Assembly (NCBI GenBank): GCA_018062825.1
Contig: JAGORL010000003.1
Location: 138,333 to 197,601, forward strand
Source: Patescibacteria group bacterium
GTDB lineage: Bacteria; Patescibacteriota; Patescibacteriia; UBA9934
DNA: 59,269 bases
Reading direction: 5' to 3'
The translations under genes and the position numbers were made by a program. Below the pieces are notes generated by a model, which ran no database searches, was not told the origin of the DNA, and was given only the letters and a program-made list of their open reading frames with translations. Within the stretch, counting starts at the first letter, position 1. Each line of letters begins with the position of its first letter. This document shows positions 42,281-48,991 of the stretch, piece by piece.

Positions 42281-42841
42281 TCAAGCTGTGGCTGGGGTAG
42301 GGAGGTTTTTGAGGATTTGTTCGGTTACTTCAGTTGGGGTGAGGTTTGCTGTATCAATAACAAGGTCGTAATGACCAAGATCGGAGAAATCAGCGTTATA
42401 CCACTTTTTATAGCGTTCTTTACTCTGATTTACCCGATTTTCAAGGGCTTTTTGTGCTTCCTCTACTGTTGCGTATGCCCGCTCATCTTCGCGATTGTTC
42501 GTTTGTTGGCGCTCAGCGAGGATGCGTTTTGCACCTATTGCTGGATCGATATTCAAGAAAACCTTGAAACTTTGGGGAATGAAGTGCCACGATAGCCAGC
42601 CGTCAATGATGAAGTTGTCTTCGGCTTTCGCGAGCTCTATTTGAAAGGCGTCGGCATCTTTGTCGGTGGAGGGGTCTTGCATCCCGATTTCGTTCAACTC
42701 ATCTATGGTGATTCCGCGTGAAATCGCCATTTTTCCTCGTAAATCACCCATTGAATAACTTTTGTATCCAAGGCGTTTCGCTAAGATGTCCTTCACCGTG
42801 GTTTTTCCGGCGCCAGGGTATCCTGCCAGGGTGATGATCAT
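42281..42841 (-). CDS. cmk: Cytidylate kinase-like P-loop kinase (archaeal-type CMP kinase family)
   Basis: MIITLAGYPGAGKTT Walker A; 186 aa; layout like short (d)CMP kinases. Confidence 0.6.
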   Translation of the reverse strand: MIITLAGYPGAGKTTVKDILAKRLGYKSYSMGDLRGKMAISRGITIDELNEIGMQDPSTDKDADAFQIELAKAEDNFIIDGWLSWHFIPQSFKVFLNIDPAIGAKRILAERQQTNNREDERAYATVEEAQKALENRVNQSKERYKKWYNADFSDLGHYDLVIDTANLTPTEVTEQILKNLPTPATA

Positions 42842-42845
42842 AGGA

Positions 42846-43751
42846 TTAGGAGAGTTTGTGGAGAGTCGTTAGAGCTTCCTCAAGTTCCTGGGGTAAAGGT
42901 GCGCTAAAGGTTTGGGTGGTGCCGTCTGGCAGGGGGATAGTTAGCTGCGTAGCATGAAGGAAGATGCGGCCAAAATTGAATGGCTTTAGATCTTTGCGGT
43001 TGTAGACGGTGTCGCCAGCTACTGGGTGGCCAAAGGCGAACATATGGGCACGAATTTGGTGAGTTCGGCCGGTTTCGATGCGAACGCGCAGGAGGGTGGC
43101 GTTTGCGTACCTTGTTACAACATCAAAGTGGGTGATCGCTTCCTTTCCTTCTTGTGAGGTTGGGCGAGCAGCCATGCGGGCACGCGTTTTTGAGCGAGCG
43201 ATTGGGAAATTGATCGTTTCGGCGTCATCTTTCACGATATCGTGGACGAGGACGGTGTAGATCTTTTCAGCGTGACGATTCTTGAATTGGTCCTTTAAAA
43301 AGGCGTGGGCACGATCGTTTTTAGCGGCAATAAGGACGCCTGAAGCATCTTTATCTAAGCGATGCACGATACCCGAGCGGGTTTTATCTCCTCCAACGCC
43401 CTCTATGGCTGGGTAGTGTGCAAGCAGTGTGTCTGCCACGGTCCAGGTTTTGCTTGTTGCGGTAGGGTGAACAAGTAGGCCAGCGGGCTTGTTTACGACG
43501 ATAACATCATCATTTTCAAAGAGAATCGGCACCGTTACCACCTCTTTTTTAACCTTTTTCTCAATTTTTTTATCAAAAGTGATCACGTCCTCGTTATTGG
43601 CAATAACGTGAGGTGTTACTTCTATGCCATTCATCTTTACCTCGCCACTTTTAATGAGGCGCTGTGCTTGAACGCGGCTAACCTTAAGCGCGGCCGCAAG
43701 GGCGACATCGAGACGCTTTGGTTCAGTAATAGCGAGGTTTACGGTTTTCAT
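42846..43751 (-). CDS. RluA-family pseudouridine synthase (RluD-like) with S4 domain
   Basis: HRLDKDASGVLIAAK catalytic motif, a GRTHQIRAH motif, and an N-terminal S4 domain. Confidence 0.85.
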   Translation of the reverse strand: MKTVNLAITEPKRLDVALAAALKVSRVQAQRLIKSGEVKMNGIEVTPHVIANNEDVITFDKKIEKKVKKEVVTVPILFENDDVIVVNKPAGLLVHPTATSKTWTVADTLLAHYPAIEGVGGDKTRSGIVHRLDKDASGVLIAAKNDRAHAFLKDQFKNRHAEKIYTVLVHDIVKDDAETINFPIARSKTRARMAARPTSQEGKEAITHFDVVTRYANATLLRVRIETGRTHQIRAHMFAFGHPVAGDTVYNRKDLKPFNFGRIFLHATQLTIPLPDGTTQTFSAPLPQELEEALTTLHKLS

Positions 43752-43800
43752 GGGGGGAGTATGGCATTCTTTCGGTTTTTTTGCTAGTCTTGGCGGGCGT

Positions 43801-43877
43801 GGGCGTGTAGCTCAGTCGGTTAGAGCTCCGAGCTTATACCTCGGTGGTCCTTGGTTCGAATCCAAGCACGCCTACCA
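43801..43877 (+). tRNA. tRNA-Ile (anticodon UAU), CCA encoded
   Basis: Manual cloverleaf: acceptor GGGCGTG/CACGCCT, D-arm GCTC/GAGC, anticodon stem CCGAG/CTCGG with loop CTTATAC, T-arm CTTGG-TTCGAAT-CCAAG. Confidence 0.85.
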
Positions 43878-43880
43878 CAC

Positions 43881-44006
43881 GAGAAACGCTTTAAAATTTT
43901 CCATGACTGTGTCGACGGCTTGCGCTCCGGCCTCAACGTACGTTTGTAGTACGTCTCGGTCGGTGCTCGCCGTCTCCTTGTCCTGAAAAATTTTAAAGCG
44001 TTTCTC
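43881..44006 (+). repeat. tRNA-linked hairpin-bracketed element, copy E1
   Basis: The outer 21 bp inverted repeat GAGAAACGCTTTAAAATTTTC / GAAAATTTTAAAGCGTTTCTC encloses a core with a central ACGTAC-GTTTGTA-GTACGT hairpin. Confidence 0.75.
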
Positions 44007-44010
44007 CGGT

Positions 44011-44131
44011 GAGATGTTCTTCATGACTGGCGGTGTCGTCGGCCTTGGGCTCGGACTCAACGTACATTTGTAGTACGTTTCGTCCTGTGCCAGGCCATCT
44101 CCTAGCCAGCGAAAATTATAGAACATTTCTC
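44011..44131 (+). repeat. tRNA-linked hairpin-bracketed element, copy E2 (tandem to E1)
   Basis: Outer inverted repeat GAGATGTTCT / AGAACATTTCTC. The core is about 85-90 percent identical by eye to the copy at 59155-59269. Confidence 0.75.
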
Positions 44132-44218
44132 TATACAGGTTTTGTCGCGTAATAAGATGCGATAATTGTTCGTGAGAATTTCCGTTTGATCTGTCTGCGG
44201 TACAATAGAGATGTTTCT

Positions 44219-44380
44219 ATGATATTCATCCCATTCTTACTTCTTGGGCTTTCGATCGCATTTTTCTACCTGGCTCACGTGCAGGAGAACAGTCAGATGC
44301 GTTCGTTTGGTTTCATTTTGCTTATAGCGTCACTTGGGTCGGGATTTATTACGTACATTGCACTAAGTGCCTTGGGCTAA
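44219..44380 (+). CDS. Small membrane protein (53 aa)
   Basis: Two hydrophobic helices. TACAAT -10 at 44201-44206, 12 nt before the ATG. Confidence 0.4.
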   Translation: MIFIPFLLLGLSIAFFYLAHVQENSQMRSFGFILLIASLGSGFITYIALSALG

Positions 44381-44381
44381 T

Positions 44382-44783
44382 ATGCTTGCGAATCTTTTTT
44401 CTTCTTTAACTTTTTCCCTCTTTCTCCTGTGGTTTCTGACGTATTGGATTTTAGGCGGAATTTTATTTGCAACCGTGGCGGCCTCTAAGTTCATTCGAGT
44501 TAACAAAGCTATTTTCAGCTGTTTGTTCGCGCTTTGTGCAATGGTTACGGCATATGCAGCTGCCTGGATGGGGCCCTTGGCTGTACGCTCCACCCACCTT
44601 CGTTGTTTACTTGATTCACGAAGCGGTGGCTCAAGTTTGCAGGCCCTCTTTTCTTGCGGTCCCTTTGAGATGATTTTTTCCGGTGTTGTATGGTTCTTTT
44701 TGTTACTCGGGCTTGGGTCTGCTGTCATGGCAGTCAGTGTTCAGCGTCGTGATAAACGCCGTCCGGTTGCAGCGGTAAGTTGA
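44382..44783 (+). CDS. Hypothetical membrane protein (133 aa)
   Basis: TAATATG junction with the upstream small ORF. Four hydrophobic segments and a basic C-terminus. Confidence 0.45.
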   Translation: MLANLFSSLTFSLFLLWFLTYWILGGILFATVAASKFIRVNKAIFSCLFALCAMVTAYAAAWMGPLAVRSTHLRCLLDSRSGGSSLQALFSCGPFEMIFSGVVWFFLLLGLGSAVMAVSVQRRDKRRPVAAVS

Positions 44784-44838
44784 TTGACATGGTGTAACTT
44801 CGGACGTATAGTTTTACCGCTTTTTTCAAATTCGGTGC

Positions 44839-44915
44839 GGGCGTATAGCTCAGTTGGTTAGAGCGTCACATTGACATTGTGAAGGTCTCTGGTTCGAATC
44901 CAGATACGCCCACCA
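44839..44915 (+). tRNA. tRNA-Val (anticodon GAC), CCA encoded
   Basis: Acceptor GGGCGTA/TACGCCC, anticodon stem TCACA/TGTGA with loop TTGACAT, T-arm TCTGG-TTCGAAT-CCAGA. Confidence 0.9.
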
Positions 44916-44918
44916 TAC

Positions 44919-45047
44919 AAAAAAATCTCTTAAAATAAGCCCCAGCTGTGTCAGAATGACTGGCTTCGGCCTCTCCGTACTCTATCGGTACGGTTCGGCC
45001 TGCAGTGTCATTCTTCCTTGCTGGAACATGTTTTAAGAGATTTTTTT
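44919..45047 (+). repeat. tRNA-linked hairpin-bracketed element, copy E3 (divergent core)
   Basis: Outer inverted repeat AAAAAAATCTCTTAAAA / TTTTAAGAGATTTTTTT. Inner long imperfect hairpin GAATGACTGGCTTCGGCC...GGCCTGCAGTGTCATTC. A partial extra right end (CTAGCCAGCGAAAATCATATGAGG, CTTTTAAGAGATT) follows to about 45163. Confidence 0.65.
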
Positions 45048-45164
45048 ATACAAACATTGCATTGTGCAACCGATTTGTTGCGGACTGTTTGCTAGCCAGC
45101 GAAAATCATATGAGGTTTTTCGTTCGCAAGATTGCATCGCCGAAAATTCTTTTAAGAGATTAGA

Positions 45165-46217
45165 CTATTCTTTTTCAATAATAATCATGCCGTTTGGCAT
45201 AGGGGTAACTGGGGTGTGGTTACCTGAGGGATAGTCCATGAGGGAGTCAGCAATGATGGCTTCTGTATATGGGTAGTTGGCGCCATTTTGTGTGCCCGGG
45301 TCGTGCGTAAGGAATGTTTGTGTGCCGGGATCGTAGCCGACGATAAGCGCCATGTGGCGAAGCGGTCCGCCGCCTATGAAGTTTGGATTTTGTAGTTTAA
45401 TGCCGTTGACGGCGACGATGACGATATTGCCCTTGGCTAGCTCATTTTTAATGTCTTCGGTAGTGATATTTTTTTGCACTGTGAAATTTGTGAAGTTGAG
45501 ATAGCTACCGAGAAGGTTGTTTGCAGTGTCATCAATAGAGCTATCCATAAAGTATCCGAACTGCTCATTTTGCCAGTCGGACATGCTTGTTATGAGTTCT
45601 AGCGCTCGTTCTTTTGATAGATCTTCACCGCGCGCCCAGGCGACGGCCATGATCGCCGATGATTCTTCGCAGCCATCTTGTTGACGTGGATCGCTCCAGT
45701 CGCCGAGCGGTGCCTGGGCGATAAATGGAACGACATTTGTGATTTTGGCATTCTCATCAGTCGCTATCGAGATTTGAGTCAGGTTAGCGTTTGTTATGCC
45801 GAGTCCGTACGTACGCATCACTTCTAGGGCGTCGGTTGGTCGGCCTAGATAGATGCGCTTTAGCGAGACAGGGTCCACGTACCACGCTTCACCTTTTGAT
45901 TCGACCGCAAGCAGAATTTTGCCGGATACGCGTTTGCTTAATTCTTGATCCCCAGTGAATGTTTGTACAGCTGTTGGGATCTTGGCGAGATTTTGATTGG
46001 AAATTCCGAGCGCTTGTTCTCGCATTATATTCCAGGCATCCTCTGGTTTTCCGAGAGAGAATCTGGTTTTGGTATCCGGATTTATGTACCAAGCTTCGCC
46101 GCGTGATTCTACTTGCAGCAAAATGCGACCAGCGAGACGTTCGCTCAATGTTTCCCCTTGGGCTTGGTAGGGGATGGTTAATGCCAGTGCTGTCAGTGCA
46201 AGAAGTGATTTTTTCAT
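45165..46217 (-). CDS. Secreted peptidase C39-like (papain-fold) protein with two N-terminal tandem repeats
   Basis: Signal peptide, two roughly 55 aa repeats (ILLQVESRGEAWYINP... and ILLAVESKGEAWYVDP...), and a C-terminal domain VPFIAQAP...QDGCEESS...HMALIVGYD (Cys/His pattern). Confidence 0.6.
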   Translation of the reverse strand: MKKSLLALTALALTIPYQAQGETLSERLAGRILLQVESRGEAWYINPDTKTRFSLGKPEDAWNIMREQALGISNQNLAKIPTAVQTFTGDQELSKRVSGKILLAVESKGEAWYVDPVSLKRIYLGRPTDALEVMRTYGLGITNANLTQISIATDENAKITNVVPFIAQAPLGDWSDPRQQDGCEESSAIMAVAWARGEDLSKERALELITSMSDWQNEQFGYFMDSSIDDTANNLLGSYLNFTNFTVQKNITTEDIKNELAKGNIVIVAVNGIKLQNPNFIGGGPLRHMALIVGYDPGTQTFLTHDPGTQNGANYPYTEAIIADSLMDYPSGNHTPVTPMPNGMIIIEKE

Positions 46218-46244
46218 ACGACAAGTTTATTGCACCATAGCAAG

Positions 46245-46271
46245 CATAAAAATCCCCGTGAAGGGATTTTT
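46245..46271 (-). terminator. Intrinsic terminator of the cca gene
   Basis: AAAAATCCC-loop-GGGATTTTT overlapping the stop codon. Confidence 0.7.
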
Positions 46272-47634
46272 AGGCAAGTGCGTTATACAGTGAACGAGCA
46301 AAGCTCAACGCTTCATCTTTATCTGAGATGTCGCCGGTAAGCTGGGCGCTACGAATACGTTTTAATAATGTACGGACGTGTGGGCCAGGTGGAATTTTGA
46401 GGGCAATGAGGTCACGGCCCCGCATGAGTTTTACCGGGTTTACAAGCTGCAGCTCTTCTTTGTGACGACGAAGTGCATGAAGACGTTCTTTGAAGGTGCT
46501 ATTTGTAGGATGCGCGAGGGAGTGGGCATGGGCAAGCGCAAGAAGTTCGTCGGCATGGTCGCTTGCGAGAAGGTGTGTTATTTCGTGGTTACCGTGCGAG
46601 GGAAGATTGTGCAAGCTCCTGAGGTCTTTGAGTAGCTTTGCTACGACAAGATGTGAGAATCCGTGCGCACCATGTTCATGGGCTTGGTGAAGGTGTAGTC
46701 CTGCCATGGCTTTGCGGGCGAATTTTTCTCCGGCGTCATCAAGGTGCGTGAATAGCGCAGCAAAAACCATGGATGGAGAGGCGCTTTTTAAGCGGTGTAA
46801 GCGCAGGAAGTCTTGATCGGCAAGATGCGCAAGCTGCTTTTCCGTTGCTTCTTCAGCTGCGTTGTTGAGATTGATAGTTTCCGCAAATACGCCGCTTTTA
46901 CTGAGCATTGAAAAGGCATATCGCGGGTTGGCTGTGATGGCGCGTGATATTTCTGCGCCGACCTTGGCGCGAGGGATTTGAAATTCCGTTTCACCCAGAT
47001 CGTTTTGATGCGTGGCTGATAATCTCGGAACTGCTTGGCTTGCGGCGTTCCAGGTTTTTGTATCAATAGTAAATCCTAGCTCTGATGCGAGTCTTATGAG
47101 GCGTAGCGTGCGTAGTGGATCTTTGGCGAATCGTTCTTTTGGTGCACCGATTGTTTTGAGTTTCTTTGCGTGAATGTCCTCTAGACCTTTCCAAGGATCA
47201 TGCAGGATGCCATCTTTTAGGGAGTAGGCGAGCGCGTTAGCGGTAAAGTCACGGCGGGCGAGATCTTGTTGTAGGGATGCCGTGTGGTGGGCGATTGCGC
47301 TTTTTCTTGTTTCTACTTGCGGCAACTCTACGTTAAGTGATCCGCCCGTTGTTTGTACTTTAATAAGGCCTTGTCCGTGTGCGGTGAATTGGTCGCCATT
47401 TTTATTAAAATGAGCGGTGAGCGCTTGGGGTGTTACACCGCGTACGAGAATGTGGGTATTTTTTGGTATACGACCAATGATGGCGTCGCGAGCTGAGCCG
47501 CCGGTGAGTAGTGCATCGGCGTTTGGATTGTTTCTGAGTAACGAAAAAATAGCGCGCATGCGCTCGTCATCGGCAACGGCGCGGCCAAGCCGAGCGGTTG
47601 CAGGAACGTGGTTGGCATACATTGAGGCCAGCAT
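46270..47634 (-). CDS. cca: CCA-adding enzyme / poly(A) polymerase-family tRNA nucleotidyltransferase
   Basis: LTGGSARDAIIGR (GGxVRD-type) and RRDFTANALAY (RDFTxNA) motifs. -10 TGCTATACT lies 6 nt from the ATG. Confidence 0.8.
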   Translation of the reverse strand: MLASMYANHVPATARLGRAVADDERMRAIFSLLRNNPNADALLTGGSARDAIIGRIPKNTHILVRGVTPQALTAHFNKNGDQFTAHGQGLIKVQTTGGSLNVELPQVETRKSAIAHHTASLQQDLARRDFTANALAYSLKDGILHDPWKGLEDIHAKKLKTIGAPKERFAKDPLRTLRLIRLASELGFTIDTKTWNAASQAVPRLSATHQNDLGETEFQIPRAKVGAEISRAITANPRYAFSMLSKSGVFAETINLNNAAEEATEKQLAHLADQDFLRLHRLKSASPSMVFAALFTHLDDAGEKFARKAMAGLHLHQAHEHGAHGFSHLVVAKLLKDLRSLHNLPSHGNHEITHLLASDHADELLALAHAHSLAHPTNSTFKERLHALRRHKEELQLVNPVKLMRGRDLIALKIPPGPHVRTLLKRIRSAQLTGDISDKDEALSFARSLYNALA

Positions 47635-47766
47635 GTTTATAGTATAGCAGGCGGGAGTAGGAAGTAGTTAGTGGGAGTAGACGGAAATTAGTGAGTGAGA
47701 GGATAAAGTATTGAAGTAAAAAGTGTGAAAGTTTCGAGTTAGGATATTGGATTTAAAAAGACACTG

Positions 47767-48900
47767 CTAGCGCAGTGCTTTTTTTAAATGCTCGATAGTG
47801 ACACGTTCGGCATCGGCTGGAGATTTTTCTGGGAAGAGGAGCGTGGCGATTTCTCTTGTGCCAGCGGCCTTGAATGGTGAGCCGAGCATGAGCGCGTCAT
47901 GTGGTCTTTCCGCAAAGAGATAGGCGGCAGTGAGGCCATCTACTCTTTCAAAGAAGATGACGACTACACGGGCGTTTGGTGTTTGTGAGAGGGCTTCATC
48001 TACGATGTCGTGTAGAGATTCTTCTTTGGCGCCGGAGAGGGTGAAGTCTTGGCGAGTGAGCACTGTCCAGACGAGGCCACGCTCTTCATCTGCCTTGAGG
48101 CGAGAGAGGGCTCTACCCCAAAGACGGAGTGTTTCCACGGATTTTGTACGGTAGAGATTTTCAATGATGATGTCGCGTTTAGCGCCCGCGTCCATAAGGG
48201 TGCTTGCGGCGGTGAGTGTGCGTGGTGTGACGTTTGGCGTTTTGAAACTCTTTGTTTTAGCGATCATGCCGGTCAAAATAGCGGTCGCTACTTCTTCGGT
48301 GATGGCGTCGGCGTCTTCGTTTTTTAAAATGCTGTAGAGCACCTCTGCACATGATGTTGCCTGTGGGTCAACGATGTTGATTGAGGCGTATAGTTCGTTT
48401 GCGGCTGAATGATCGACAGCGATCGTTGGCGTATCAAAGAAGAAGTCTGGATACTGCTTGGTAAGAGAACCGAGACTGTGTAGATCAGGAGCGCCAATTA
48501 AGAAGATGACGTCGTAGCGATAGCTTGAGGTTGCGACTTTGATATCTTGTGACCCCCAGGCGCCGAGTTTTGGCATGACATGAATGCGCATTTCGTCGCC
48601 ATGCATGCTATATGAGAGTTCGCCAACTTTTGCCTTCTCAACATTGATATGAATGGTGAGAGAGCGAAGGTTTGCGAGATCTCCTTGAATATTTTTTGGT
48701 CCTGATAGGAAGGAGAGGGCGGCTGGTAGGCGGCCACCGGCACAGACGATATCGGCGGCTTTATTGTGGCGCCTGAGGTATGACTGTAGGGCAATGGCGG
48801 TAGCAAAGTCGTCGAGCGTTGCGAGCTCTTTAAGCGCAATAAGCGGTCGTTCCGACTGCTTGGCGTATTTGAGAAATTGCTGGTTTGGGGTAAGCGCCAT
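47767..48900 (-). CDS. DHH/DHHA1-family (NrnA-like) protein with degenerate catalytic motifs
   Basis: Overall NrnA-like layout, but motif I reads LDD and motif III reads VDHS instead of DHH; no GGGH seen. ATG at 48900. Confidence 0.55.
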   Translation of the reverse strand: MALTPNQQFLKYAKQSERPLIALKELATLDDFATAIALQSYLRRHNKAADIVCAGGRLPAALSFLSGPKNIQGDLANLRSLTIHINVEKAKVGELSYSMHGDEMRIHVMPKLGAWGSQDIKVATSSYRYDVIFLIGAPDLHSLGSLTKQYPDFFFDTPTIAVDHSAANELYASINIVDPQATSCAEVLYSILKNEDADAITEEVATAILTGMIAKTKSFKTPNVTPRTLTAASTLMDAGAKRDIIIENLYRTKSVETLRLWGRALSRLKADEERGLVWTVLTRQDFTLSGAKEESLHDIVDEALSQTPNARVVVIFFERVDGLTAAYLFAERPHDALMLGSPFKAAGTREIATLLFPEKSPADAERVTIEHLKKALR

Positions 48901-48991
48901 GGATGCAAGTGAAGGTCTGAATGTAGCGGGGTACGGGAAAAGCGTCAAGATGATTGCCTCTTTATCTATTATTCTTTACTCTTTACACCAT

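Noticed and set aside
43750-44126. ORFs 43750..43986 (+) and 43872..44126 (-)
   Set aside because: They run through tRNA-Ile and the palindromic elements E1/E2. The apparent ORFs are a by-product of the inverted-repeat structure.
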